From assembly GCA_038231795.1 (NCBI GenBank), contig JBBRKR010000004.1, positions 68,651 through 132,650 on the forward strand: DNA of 64,000 nucleotides, written 5' to 3'. The notes beneath the pieces were generated by a model. That model worked only from the letters and a program-made list of their open reading frames with translations. It ran no database searches and was not told where the DNA came from. This document shows, piece by piece, positions 10,527 through 20,042 of this stretch (positions within the stretch are counted from its first letter, which is position 1; each line of letters starts with the position of its first letter). A program made the translations under genes and the position numbers. Origin of the DNA: Acidimicrobiales bacterium. GTDB taxonomy: Bacteria; Actinomycetota; Acidimicrobiia; Acidimicrobiales; JBBRKR01.

Positions 10527-11081
10527 CTAGAACTGGACCTTCACAGGCCCGCGTTCTGCTTCGTCGGTCTTGAAATATTCCCTCGCCGTGGCCTTCGCCA
10601 TTCCGGCTACGAGCGACGTGGGGAAGACCTGGATTTTAGTGTTGAGTTCCTGCACCGCGCCGTTGTAAAACTGCCGTGAATAAGCGATTTTGTCTTCGGT
10701 AGCTGTGAGCTCTTCCTGCAAGTTCAAGAAGTTGGTATTGGCCTTGAGGTCGGGATAAGCCTCGGAAAGAGCGAAGAGGCTCTTCAGGGTGCCCGACAGC
10801 GCATTTTCCGCACCAGATTGTGCGGCCGGTCCAGAGCCGCTTGCCGTCATTGCCGAATTGCGGGCGGCTACCACGGCTTCAAAGGTGTCCTTTTCATGGG
10901 CTGCGTAGCCCTTTACGGTCTCGACCAGGTTGGGGATGAGGTCGTAGCGGCGCTTGAGCTGCACCTCAACCTGAGCCCATGCGGCATCGACCTTGTTTTT
11001 CAGCCGGATGAGCCCGTTGTAGGCCATGACGAGGAACAGCCCGATCAGCACGATGACAGCAATGGCAATGATTACGCCCAT
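10527..11081 (-). CDS. lemA: LemA family protein
   Basis: 184-aa ORF with a single N-terminal TM, then YNGLIRLKNKVDAAWAQVEVQLKRRYDLIPNLVETVKGYAAHE, a LemA signature. The usual LemA-HtpX pairing is present. Confidence 0.85.
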   Translation of the reverse strand: MGVIIAIAVIVLIGLFLVMAYNGLIRLKNKVDAAWAQVEVQLKRRYDLIPNLVETVKGYAAHEKDTFEAVVAARNSAMTASGSGPAAQSGAENALSGTLKSLFALSEAYPDLKANTNFLNLQEELTATEDKIAYSRQFYNGAVQELNTKIQVFPTSLVAGMAKATAREYFKTDEAERGPVKVQF

Positions 11082-11121
11082 GAAGAATCCTTAACTCTCA
11101 AGAGGGTGTGGCACGAACAGG

Positions 11122-12216
11122 TCAGAGTCTATGACGCCGATTGATGGCTTGGTCGTACAGGTCGAGGTATTTCATGGCCAACTGGTCCATGTCGAACTCT
11201 CTGGCCCGAGACCTCCCTGATGCCACAAGCCGGTCGGCCAACTCGGAATCTTCCAGCACTCGAGTGAGGCCGAGCGCCAACGCGGTGGCATCCCCAGCTG
11301 GCACGAGTAGGGCATCAACGCCATCTCGCGCCACCCGGGCAAATGCTCCCAAATCGCTGGCCACGATCGGCGTCCCTGCCGCCATACCTTCCAGCAATAT
11401 CACACCAAAACTCTCACCGCCCAGATTTGGCGCACAGTACACATCGGCGCCTGCGAACAGGCTGAGGCGCTCCTCATCGGTCACCCGACCCAGCCAACTA
11501 ATCCGAGAGCCGCACTCCAAGGCATCCATTTTTTTGCGCAACGAGTCGGTCTGTTTGCCGTATCCGGCCACCCACAGATGGGTGTTGGCCGGGAGGTGCG
11601 GAAACGCGTCGAGTAACACATCGAGCCCCTTTCGAGGTTCGTGGCGGCCCAAAAATAGCACCGTGGGGTTCGTGGTGGGCCTCGGCGTTGCGTTGGCAAA
11701 ACGGTCGAACTCGATGCCATTAAACAGCGGCGTGTAGGTGCCCCGAAGATATTTTCGGGCCAGCTCCTGGGCATCAGGCGACACGGCGGCTCTGACGTGT
11801 ACAAGCTTGGCAAAGAGGTACACAAACGGGTGCAAAATTCGATACGGCGTGTTGTTACCTGCCGCATGGAACGTACCGACCTTTGGCAATCGTGAAAACA
11901 CCAGGGCGGCCAAGGTGGTTCCAGGGGCCAGCGGTTCGTGCAGATGCAACACATCGAACTTGCCGTTTTTTATGGCTTTTCGCGTGCGCCACACCGACGA
12001 AAAATTGAGCGCCAGTGGAGCGACCGATCCGTTTGTGGATGTAGGAATGCTCCTGCCAAGGGGCACCACAAAATTGGGGTAGTGGTCGTCGTCACATGGT
12101 GCGAGCACTATGGCATCGTGGCCCAGTCGTTGCAGCGAACGAGCCAAACCAAGGACTTGTTCTTGAACCCCGCCAGGTACCGAGAGGCTGTATGGACACA
12201 CCAAGCCGATTCGCAC
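11122..12216 (-). CDS. pimA: GT4 glycosyltransferase, PimA-like (phosphatidylinositol alpha-mannosyltransferase candidate)
   Basis: RIGLVCPYSLSVPGGVQEQVLGLARSLQRLGH N-terminus and a C-terminal GT4 E-x7-E region (ESFGVILLEGMAAG). Start set at GTG 12216; the ATG at 12291 would overlap the divergent M23 gene. Function inferred from family and synteny. Confidence 0.75.
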   Translation of the reverse strand: MRIGLVCPYSLSVPGGVQEQVLGLARSLQRLGHDAIVLAPCDDDHYPNFVVPLGRSIPTSTNGSVAPLALNFSSVWRTRKAIKNGKFDVLHLHEPLAPGTTLAALVFSRLPKVGTFHAAGNNTPYRILHPFVYLFAKLVHVRAAVSPDAQELARKYLRGTYTPLFNGIEFDRFANATPRPTTNPTVLFLGRHEPRKGLDVLLDAFPHLPANTHLWVAGYGKQTDSLRKKMDALECGSRISWLGRVTDEERLSLFAGADVYCAPNLGGESFGVILLEGMAAGTPIVASDLGAFARVARDGVDALLVPAGDATALALGLTRVLEDSELADRLVASGRSRAREFDMDQLAMKYLDLYDQAINRRHRL

Positions 12217-12277
12217 CCGTGAACGGTAGCGTGCCGATTGCCTGGCACAACGAGCGGCGCGCCGATAGGGTGGGACG

Positions 12278-13321
12278 GTGGCTATGTGCAAACGAGGTCC
12301 GAATCACCGGACCCACGTTGTTTTCGCAGCTCTGTTTGTGACGGCCACGATGGTTATCACCACTTTTGGATTTACGCCAGCAGCACACGCTGACGAGGGT
12401 GAGATCGCCGCCGCTCGGGCCCGTGCCAATAAAGCTTCGCAAGCACTGTCCGACGCCGAAACCGAACTTGCGAACGCACTCGATTCAATCGACAATCTGG
12501 CCGCTCGACGCGAGCAATTAATTGCCCGCCAACAGTCATTGGCCGATGAAGCTAAACGCGTCATTGTCCAACGCTATGTGCGCCCTGCCTCGAGTAGCGT
12601 GTTCGATGAAGACATCTCCCGATCAGCGCGGGTGGCGGTCTTGACCGCTGTTGCGCTCGGCACAACAACAGATGCGGTTGCCGAATTTAAAGCCACGTTG
12701 AGCGATCTCGCCTCTGTTGCTAAGCAACTCGATTCGGCGAGTAAGCAGCGCGACGAACTGCGCAAGAGCCTCGTCACAAAACGGGCCAACGTAGAACGCG
12801 AGCTTGCGCTACTCGAAGAAGCAGAGGCCAAGCGCCAAGAGGCTGCGGCTGTCCAACGTCAGCGAGAGGCAGCACTGCAAGACGCTCGGGACCGTCTATC
12901 GAAAGGCGATTTCGGCGCCGGAAATTCACCGATCGCCTCCGGTGATTGGATATGCCCCGTGCAAGGAGCTGTGAGCTTTGTTGACGATTTCGGTGTGCCG
13001 CGCCCCGGTGGACGCAAGCATCACGGCGTCGACATGATGGCCCAACAAGGCACACTCTTAGTGTCCCCCGTCTCGGGAGAACTTTCGTACGCAAGCGAAG
13101 ACCTAGGCGGCAACACATATTGGCTTCAGGGCGATGACGGGCTCGTGTATTTCGGTGCCCATCTCGAAAATTTGGGCACAGGCGGACGCGTTGATGCTGG
13201 AGTGGTGATTGGCACGGTAGGTATCACCGGCGACGCCACCGCGTATCACTTGCATTTCCAAATCGGCGAGCCGGGCGGCGGCTGGTACAACCCGTACTCC
13301 ACCCTCACCCAGTACTGCTAG
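12278..13321 (+). CDS. M23 family metallopeptidase with N-terminal coiled coil (paralogue 1)
   Basis: Signal/TM region, a long Ala/Glu/Arg-rich coiled coil, then the C-terminal M23 core HHGVDMMAQQGT...GDATAYHLHFQI. Confidence 0.85.
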   Translation: MAMCKRGPNHRTHVVFAALFVTATMVITTFGFTPAAHADEGEIAAARARANKASQALSDAETELANALDSIDNLAARREQLIARQQSLADEAKRVIVQRYVRPASSSVFDEDISRSARVAVLTAVALGTTTDAVAEFKATLSDLASVAKQLDSASKQRDELRKSLVTKRANVERELALLEEAEAKRQEAAAVQRQREAALQDARDRLSKGDFGAGNSPIASGDWICPVQGAVSFVDDFGVPRPGGRKHHGVDMMAQQGTLLVSPVSGELSYASEDLGGNTYWLQGDDGLVYFGAHLENLGTGGRVDAGVVIGTVGITGDATAYHLHFQIGEPGGGWYNPYSTLTQYC

Positions 13322-13341
13322 GCCTCGTTTACCGGTTGCGT

Positions 13342-14748
13342 CTATCGGGCTGGTAGCAGCAGCCGCACGTCGGTGTCGAGGACCGATCCCGCCATGCGAT
13401 CACGAGCCCTAGCTGGCGTATTGGTGAAGGCAATTTCGCGATGGAGCGCGGCCAACGAGCCCGCCGGAGCATGGTGATCGACCATGGTGCACGCCAACTC
13501 TATAGAACCATCTGCATGCATTTTGACGTCGATTGACCGCATCTGGCTGGGGTAGTCGATTACAGAACAGGTGGTGATTTCCCAGTAACCGCCCGATGGG
13601 GTGGGCCGGGGCACAACAGCGTTGATATGACGATGCCCAACCAGCCACGCTACGACGCATCCATAGCGCGAAATCACCTCGCTCGGACCATAAGCGAGGT
13701 CGCGATCGGCAGGGTTACCGCGCGAGTTAGTGAGTGATTCGCTGCCATGGTGGCTCGCCACGACGGCTAATCGCCCGGGGATCGAGGCCACCTCATCCAG
13801 ACGAGCTTCGAGCCAGTCCATCTGGAGGCGGCTGGTGCTTCCCTGAAAATCACCTTGTGGGTGATTGGTGTCAAAGATCACGATCCGGACGTATTCGAGA
13901 TCGATAATCGTATCGCCGGGTGCGGGGGCCGAGGAGGCAAGGTCGTAGCCACGTGCGCCGTGCAGCCGGTGGGCCGCAACCCATTCGGGGGCATCAATTG
14001 CTCGACGATCAGGGTACGCCTCAATCGGGTTGCCGGGACCTGCAGAGAAGCGGTCGGGGAAGTCTAAAAACTCGGCCAGAGGGTCCTCGGCAACGACTGT
14101 TGACGACCGACCAAATCCCTTGTGGTCGCCCACAGCAATTGCTTCGAGTTCGGCATTGGTGATCGCCGTTCCTTGGCGCAACACGTCGTGGTTACCAATC
14201 ACGCTCGTCCACGGAACGGGAATTCCAGGCGACGTCACTGGCTCGCTTGCGGCCTCGACAAACGGTTGCCCAGCCGGCCAACTCGCCCGCCAACGCCCAG
14301 CGTTGGCACCGGTGTCGGGGAGCCAAAACGGCCACTCCGGCGACGAATGTATCCGGTGGTCATGCACGCCACCACGGGCATCAAACTGGGCGACGCCCCC
14401 CGTCATCACGGCGAGGTAGGCATCAAGTTCATTGCGTTGGGCATTGTCAATGTTGTCGCCAGTCGAAATCACCAGGTCGCACGGACGTCCTATATCCCCA
14501 TTGAAATCTGACTCGTTGAGGCGCTCAATATGGGCAGCCAACGCAGGCAACGTGAGCGCCTCGTATGGGCGGTGCATATGGATGAGCGGCTTCCAAATTG
14601 GTTCGTTGGCGAGGAGTTCAACCCACTCACTACGAGCTGGCGAGACCGTGTCCATTACATGTAAATCACTCATATGCACGAGTCGACACAAGATTTCGCC
14701 TGCATCGATACCGTGATCGACGCCGCCGAGCTCGCCTCGCACTAGCAC
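13342..14748 (-). CDS. metallophosphoesterase family protein
   Basis: 468-aa ORF with calcineurin-like motifs in order: HMSDLHV, TGDNIDN, VIGNHDV, ASHHG and VGHRH. Confidence 0.8.
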   Translation of the reverse strand: MLVRGELGGVDHGIDAGEILCRLVHMSDLHVMDTVSPARSEWVELLANEPIWKPLIHMHRPYEALTLPALAAHIERLNESDFNGDIGRPCDLVISTGDNIDNAQRNELDAYLAVMTGGVAQFDARGGVHDHRIHSSPEWPFWLPDTGANAGRWRASWPAGQPFVEAASEPVTSPGIPVPWTSVIGNHDVLRQGTAITNAELEAIAVGDHKGFGRSSTVVAEDPLAEFLDFPDRFSAGPGNPIEAYPDRRAIDAPEWVAAHRLHGARGYDLASSAPAPGDTIIDLEYVRIVIFDTNHPQGDFQGSTSRLQMDWLEARLDEVASIPGRLAVVASHHGSESLTNSRGNPADRDLAYGPSEVISRYGCVVAWLVGHRHINAVVPRPTPSGGYWEITTCSVIDYPSQMRSIDVKMHADGSIELACTMVDHHAPAGSLAALHREIAFTNTPARARDRMAGSVLDTDVRLLLPAR

Positions 14749-14750
14749 TG

Positions 14751-15746
14751 TTAGTTGCCTTGTGCCCCGAGGTGCTTATCGAACTCGTCGACTACCAATC
14801 CTGCGCCGTATGGGACCGACCGCAAGCCATTCATCACGGCCACTAAACACTTGTCGCGTAGACGTTCCAGATCACGAACGTCCATACCATTGGCTTGAGT
14901 ATCGGATTGGTCGCACAGTGTGTCGAGGAGCTCATCAGTGAGTTCCGGGACATCAGTGAGCTTGGTCCAAGGCCATTGCAAGGTGGGGCCGAATTGGGCC
15001 ATGAAGTGGCGCATTCCCGCTTCTCCTCCCGCAATTCGGTACGTTAAAAATGTTCCCATAAAGCTCCACCGAAGCCCAGCGCCATATCGAATGGCGTCGT
15101 CGATCTGCTCTACGGTCGCTACACCGTCATTGACCAACCACAAAGCCTCACGCCACAACGCTTCCAGCAATCGGTCGGCCACGAAGCCGTCGATTTCTTT
15201 GTTGAGACGCAAGGGTTTCATGCCGACTGATGCATAGACCGCCACTGCTCTATCGAGCGCGGCACTCGTGGTCTGCGACCCTCCCACGACCTCCACGAGC
15301 GGCAACAAATACACCGGATTGAATGGATGGCCGACCACCAGCCGACCGGGATGCGTCATCTCCGATTGGATGGCGCTGGGCAGCAACCCAGACGTGGACG
15401 AGCCGATTACTACATGGTCAGCGGCGGTTTCACTGGCGGCGGCCAAAATCGATTGCTTGAGTTCAAGGCGCTCAGGTGCTGATTCCTGAATGAAGTCCAC
15501 GCCCTCGCAAGCGGCTTCGATTTCACGTACGACGGTCACCGCGCCAGTTGCTGGCAACGGTGACGTGTACAACAACGCCGTCGCCTGCCGAGCGTTGGCC
15601 ATCATTTCGGCGACTTTGCGCTCGGCTTGGGGATCGGGGTCGTACAGCTTCACGTCGATGCCGTTGAGAGCAAACCGAGCAGCCCATCCCCCGCCGATTA
15701 CACCGCCCCCCAAAAGACCAATCGTATTGACACCAGCAGAATTCAT
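14751..15746 (-). CDS. 3-hydroxyacyl-CoA dehydrogenase family protein (L-carnitine dehydrogenase-like)
   Basis: N-terminal Rossmann fold IGLLGGGVIGGGWAARFALNGIDVKLYD plus an HADH C-terminal domain. Its stop abuts the start of nothing, and its start overlaps the stop of the upstream BKACE gene. Confidence 0.75.
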   Translation of the reverse strand: MNSAGVNTIGLLGGGVIGGGWAARFALNGIDVKLYDPDPQAERKVAEMMANARQATALLYTSPLPATGAVTVVREIEAACEGVDFIQESAPERLELKQSILAAASETAADHVVIGSSTSGLLPSAIQSEMTHPGRLVVGHPFNPVYLLPLVEVVGGSQTTSAALDRAVAVYASVGMKPLRLNKEIDGFVADRLLEALWREALWLVNDGVATVEQIDDAIRYGAGLRWSFMGTFLTYRIAGGEAGMRHFMAQFGPTLQWPWTKLTDVPELTDELLDTLCDQSDTQANGMDVRDLERLRDKCLVAVMNGLRSVPYGAGLVVDEFDKHLGAQGN

Positions 15747-16639
15747 CAGCGCTTCACCAATTTCAACTTCTCGCGCACGGCCTGTGGGCCCATGATCGAC
15801 ACGTTCATGCCGTCCAGAATCTTGGTTGCTTTTTCGACCAACTGGGCGTTGGTGGCGAGCTGGCCGCGCCCGGAATACAAGTTGTCTTCAAGACCGACCC
15901 GCACATTGCCACCGTGCATCACGGCCATGGCCACGAACGGCAGCTGCATGCGGCCAATTGAAAATGCCGAGAACGTGCTGCCGGCCGGCAGTCCATTGAC
16001 CATGGCAGCGAACGTGAGCGGATCATCTGGCGCTCCGTACGCTATTCCCATGCACAGCTGGATCATTACGGGATCATCGATAAGACCCTGAGCGACCATT
16101 TCTTTCACGCTGATCAGATGGCCGGTATCGAACACTTCGAGCTCGGGACGCACGCCCAATTCCTGAACGCGACGAGCCATCGTGCGCAACACAGCTGGCG
16201 TATTGACCATCACATAATCACCACCCGAACCGAAATTCATCGAGCCGCAGTCCAACGTGCAAATTTCGGGGAGTAGCGCCTCAACATGGTTGAGCCGCTC
16301 GGTGGCGCCAGCCATATCGGTACCCACCTCGTCGAGCGGGAGCGGCTTCTCGTCGCTACCCAACACCAAATCGCCGCCCATACCGGCGGTGAGATTGATC
16401 ACCACATCGACATCGCTGGCCCGAATGCGTTCGACAACTTCTGCGTACAGCCCAACATCACGAGAGCCGACTCCCGTTTGAGGGTCGCGCACATGTATGT
16501 GCACGATGGCCGCTCCTGCTCGAGCGGCATCAAGGGCTGAGTTGGCGATCTGTTCTGGCGTTACTGGTACGTGCTCGCTCTTGCGAGTGGTGTCGCCAGA
16601 GCCAGTGACGGCACACGTGATGAACGTTTCCCAATTCAT
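15746..16639 (-). CDS. 3-keto-5-aminohexanoate cleavage enzyme family (BKACE/DUF849)
   Basis: 297-aa ORF MNWETFITCAVTGSGDTTRKSEHVPVTPEQIANSALDAARAGAAIVHIHVRD, a typical BKACE N-terminus. Confidence 0.85.
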   Translation of the reverse strand: MNWETFITCAVTGSGDTTRKSEHVPVTPEQIANSALDAARAGAAIVHIHVRDPQTGVGSRDVGLYAEVVERIRASDVDVVINLTAGMGGDLVLGSDEKPLPLDEVGTDMAGATERLNHVEALLPEICTLDCGSMNFGSGGDYVMVNTPAVLRTMARRVQELGVRPELEVFDTGHLISVKEMVAQGLIDDPVMIQLCMGIAYGAPDDPLTFAAMVNGLPAGSTFSAFSIGRMQLPFVAMAVMHGGNVRVGLEDNLYSGRGQLATNAQLVEKATKILDGMNVSIMGPQAVREKLKLVKR

Positions 16640-16668
16640 AATTACTCCCCTATCTCAAGTGCCTCAGG

Positions 16669-17502
16669 TTAGCCGTGCGGGCGTGATCTTTCGACGACGT
16701 CCATCCCCATCGAAGCGTGCCACGCAAACATGGCCCGGCTCACCCTGAGCCGATCCAAACGTTGCCCCCACTCGCTCCCCGCAATCATCGACTCGCCGCT
16801 TAGCGGTGCCTCTACGGTCACGCTGAATTGATCTGGCAGTGGTGCAGCCCTACGAGCAATTTCGACAAGACCTTCAAGGTCGCGTTCCCACGAATGCACG
16901 TTGACGCCATCTGCCGTGCGGCCAGCTACCGCCGCCATTCGAGGACCGTTGGCACCGACAATGATTTGCGGCACACGACATGGATTGGCCAGGCCGACGG
17001 GCTGGCGAAATGTGGCTGTTGACGATTCGTATGCGGTGTCGCCACCCCACAACGCTTTGAGATAACCAACAGTGTCGGCCATCTGTTGACGACGTTGTGC
17101 CGCGCTGCTCGTGGCCACACCAAGCATGGTGAGTTCAAGCGAGTACGGGGATTCTGGCCCCGCGCCGGCACCCAAACCGAGGAGGAATCGCCCGTCGCTC
17201 AAGTTGGCCAATGTGGTCGATGCCGTTGCAATATGGGCTCCTAGACGAGTCGCTGCGTTAATCACCAACGGGCCAAATTCGACACGTGACGTCGACATGG
17301 CAATCATGGTGAGAGCGCTCCACACATCGAGCGATGAATGGCCACCAAGCACAGAGCCTGACAAATGGTCGTAGGTCCAAACGCCATCGAAACCGACCTC
17401 CTCAGCGAGGCCGACAGCATCAATAAATTGCTGCGGCGACAGATCAACTGGATTGATGACAATATCGATTTTCACTCCCAGATTCTCCACGATTCGCTGC
17501 AC
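16669..17502 (-). CDS. LLM-class (luciferase-like) F420-dependent oxidoreductase
   Basis: 277-aa ORF with FDGVWTYDHLSG and LGLGAGAGPES, typical of the LLM class. Confidence 0.8.
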   Translation of the reverse strand: MQRIVENLGVKIDIVINPVDLSPQQFIDAVGLAEEVGFDGVWTYDHLSGSVLGGHSSLDVWSALTMIAMSTSRVEFGPLVINAATRLGAHIATASTTLANLSDGRFLLGLGAGAGPESPYSLELTMLGVATSSAAQRRQQMADTVGYLKALWGGDTAYESSTATFRQPVGLANPCRVPQIIVGANGPRMAAVAGRTADGVNVHSWERDLEGLVEIARRAAPLPDQFSVTVEAPLSGESMIAGSEWGQRLDRLRVSRAMFAWHASMGMDVVERSRPHG

Positions 17503-17567
17503 ATGTTCGCGACTCTCGTACGGTCGCCGTCGCCAAAATATCGTTATGCAGCATTCGCGGAAGTGAC

Positions 17568-17705
17568 TTGCACACGTACCACCGGCACGGATTTTCCACG
17601 GATGCTCGCTACACCGTTGGCCATGAAGCGGTCGGAGAAGTCGTCGAGATCGGCAGTTCGGTATGCAAATTCAAGATCGGCGATCGAGTACTCGTCGCCG
17701 GCTCG
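17568..17705 (+). pseudogene. remnant of a zinc-type alcohol dehydrogenase (GroES-like ADH_N fragment only)
   Basis: Plus-frame translation HTYHRHGFSTDARYTVGHEAVGEVVEIGSSVCKFKIGDRVLVAG matches the ADH signature GHE-x2-G-x5-G-x2-V...GDRV. No upstream or downstream ADH sequence follows. Confidence 0.5.
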
Positions 17706-17855
17706 AAGCGAGCCCGGCTCGATCCGATCCATCGGCAGATAGCCACGCGTAAACGCCATTCAGCCAATCGTGGCCATTACCGGCGATCTCTCACGTCTTG
17801 TCGTAGATGCGGGCTGCTACGGTGTGGTGATCGTGTGATCGAGTGGAGGACGAAC

Positions 17856-18173
17856 ATGGGAGAGAAGGGGCTTGCGGACGCTGCTAGTTCCATGGTGCCC
17901 ACCGCATCGCCGGGCGTGGCCCAACAGGCGGCATCTTTTGTGGCGCGCGGCGCCGCGGATTTCGGCACCGACGTCGCCACGGCCGTCAAGACCGTTGCGG
18001 TAGTGGCTGTGGCCGAGAAAGTGGTGACTACGTCGCGCGGACGTATGCATGGTGACGGCACCGCCGACGACGACGCCGAGACTACGGCTGACGGCGCCGG
18101 CGATGTCGGCTCTGGCGCGGAGACCACCCCGCCAACTGCGCACAACTCGACCAATGGTGAGCCCCAAGCCTGA
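17856..18173 (+). CDS. small acidic Ala/Thr/Gly-rich hypothetical protein (106 aa)
   Basis: ATG preceded by GGAGGA 5 nt upstream. G/C-rich third codon positions. Its stop TGA lies 1 nt before the GTG of the next gene. No family recognised. Confidence 0.4.
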   Translation: MGEKGLADAASSMVPTASPGVAQQAASFVARGAADFGTDVATAVKTVAVVAVAEKVVTTSRGRMHGDGTADDDAETTADGAGDVGSGAETTPPTAHNSTNGEPQA

Positions 18174-18174
18174 C

Positions 18175-19317
18175 GTGCTTCGTTCGGCCCGATCAGCTCG
18201 ATCCCGCCGGTCGCCACGCGATCGGCGGCTCGGCGTAGAGCACGAGTACCGGCTGCTGCGCGGCTCCGAGGTGGTTGACGCCCGGCAGCTCATCCCGACG
18301 CTGCCGCTCGATGGCTCTCTGCTCGATCCGGGGGATCCACTTGCCGTGCGGGGAGAATGGGGTGGCGTCATCACCGCCGACGGCATGGAAGCGGAGATCG
18401 TGACGCCGCCATGCCGTCTCGGCGTCGATAGCCTTCGTCGAGTGGTCGACGCGGCGGCGACTGGCCATGCCGTGCTGACCTCGGCGCTACCTGCCGACGT
18501 CTGCCTGCAGGGCTACTCGACGCATTTGAACGTCGAGGTGACCGACAAGGCCTGCCGGTCGACCGCACTGCTCGTCGCGCGACGGTTCGCACCTGCACTG
18601 ATGCTATTCGATCGTCAGGATTCGCCGGGGCTGTTAATCCGACCGCGGCACCGGCGCCTTGAGCTTGGATACGACCACATTGATGGCGAGGCGCTTCATG
18701 CCGCGCTGGTGCTGGCGATCGGGGCGGCCGCAATGTGCGAACGCGCTGCCCGGTCGCGCGCGGCGCGCAGGGTGCTTCCGCCCGAGCTCCGGCTGCACGT
18801 GGTGCCGTCGCCGCAGCGCTACGGCTGGTACGTCGACCGCCGCGCCGGTGGCCAGGACCTGTACGAGTGCGGTCGCGCCACTGTCTTCCAAACGATATCG
18901 GGCTCCAGCATTACTGCCCAGGAGTTACTTGAGGAGGTGTGGACGTGCGCTCGCGCCGCATTGGACGCACTACTGCCGCACGCGGACGTTGCTCTCGTTG
19001 ACGAGATGGTGGAGGGCCGACACCCGTTGCGATCTGAGGTCACTACGGTCGAGCCCTACGTGGTCGCCGCCAACCCACGGGTAGAGTATGCCCCGTCGGT
19101 TCTGGCCCGCCGTGATCGAGGGGAGGTAGTGCTCACGACAGTCGCCGCCACCTGGCACGCATTGGTGCTCCGTGCCGAACGGGGCGCCGACGTGCGCTGG
19201 ATCCGCGTGCCCGGCGAGCACGTCGACGACTTCCTGCGTTCGGTCGACTCGGGTCATATCGATGCATGGCTGGCGGGGCAGTTCGGGCGCACGATCATGC
19301 GTGGGGGAATGGCGTGA
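18175..19317 (+). CDS. glutamine-synthetase-like carboxylate-amine ligase superfamily protein (GCS2/amidoligase/Pup-ligase-like), divergent
   Basis: N-terminal LGVEHEYRLL resembles the G-[IV]-E-x-E nucleotide/metal motif of YbdK/GCS2, amidoligase_2 and PafA/Dop. Later GYSTHLNVEV resembles the His motif of the same fold. Start uncertain (GTG 18175, ATG 18154 or 18049). Confidence 0.5.
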   Translation: MLRSARSARSRRSPRDRRLGVEHEYRLLRGSEVVDARQLIPTLPLDGSLLDPGDPLAVRGEWGGVITADGMEAEIVTPPCRLGVDSLRRVVDAAATGHAVLTSALPADVCLQGYSTHLNVEVTDKACRSTALLVARRFAPALMLFDRQDSPGLLIRPRHRRLELGYDHIDGEALHAALVLAIGAAAMCERAARSRAARRVLPPELRLHVVPSPQRYGWYVDRRAGGQDLYECGRATVFQTISGSSITAQELLEEVWTCARAALDALLPHADVALVDEMVEGRHPLRSEVTTVEPYVVAANPRVEYAPSVLARRDRGEVVLTTVAATWHALVLRAERGADVRWIRVPGEHVDDFLRSVDSGHIDAWLAGQFGRTIMRGGMA

Positions 19318-20042
19318 GCCGGGCAACTCCTTTTGACGCGGTGGTCAGCACGGCGCCGCCGCGCCGACGCGACGTGCTGGCACCGGAACGCGACGTCAGT
19401 CGCGGGCGCTACGGGGGCGAGCGAGGCCGCGATGCGAAGCGCACGCACCACGACGACCGTCGCCGGCTGCGTCGCTTCCGCCCCTGGCACGCTGTCGCCG
19501 GTTTAGCCGTCGTCGCGGTGGGTACGGCTGGGGTGGTCGTTGCCAGCTCGCGTGGCAGCTCGAGCGCGGTCGTCACCACCAGCAGCGCACCGCCGACGAC
19601 CGTGACCCCGACCACCACCATGAGCCCCGAGAGCCAGCTGGCCAAGTCGCTCGCTGCCACCTATCACGCAGTCCAGACGTTCACCGATGGCAACTCCAAC
19701 TTCCCGGTCGGGACAGTCAGAAACTTCGACATCATTTTCACGACGGCCTGTGTCGACACCGTCTGCACCATGCGCTCCAAAGGGTTGTACGACGTCGGCG
19801 CAGTGATCTCAGGTGAGCAAGTGACCATCGATGCCACTCCGACCGAGCCGTGCCCGGTGGCCTCTGGCGTGACGGGCCAAATCACCGACATCTTCCACAT
19901 GGTGTTGCGAGTCACGCATACGCAGAACGGCACCCCGGACCAGTTGACCGGCATTATCGCCGTGTCGTCGCCGGATGCCGCGAAGTGCAACACGACGAAC
20001 GATCCAGTCGCCTCGTCGATCGTCCTCACACGGGTTGCGTGA
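19314..20042 (+). CDS. membrane-anchored hypothetical protein (Arg-rich cytoplasmic N-terminus, one TM, Thr/Ser linker, Cys-containing ectodomain)
   Basis: GTG 19314 overlaps the ligase stop (GTGA). TM segment WHAVAGLAVVAVGTAGVVVA, then SSAPPTTVTPTTT and a roughly 140-aa domain with 4 Cys. No family recognised. Confidence 0.5.
   Translation: MSRATPFDAVVSTAPPRRRDVLAPERDVSRGRYGGERGRDAKRTHHDDRRRLRRFRPWHAVAGLAVVAVGTAGVVVASSRGSSSAVVTTSSAPPTTVTPTTTMSPESQLAKSLAATYHAVQTFTDGNSNFPVGTVRNFDIIFTTACVDTVCTMRSKGLYDVGAVISGEQVTIDATPTEPCPVASGVTGQITDIFHMVLRVTHTQNGTPDQLTGIIAVSSPDAAKCNTTNDPVASSIVLTRVA

Noticed and set aside
17544-17759. 71-aa minus-strand ORF (MAFTRGYLPMDRIEPGSLRAGDEY...) with an ATG, located just upstream of the LLM gene
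   Set aside because: Its codons are exactly antisense and in phase with the plus-strand ADH_N signature GHEAVGEVVEIGSSVCKFKIGDRV. The ADH match is far too specific to be chance, so the minus ORF is most likely a high-GC shadow ORF.
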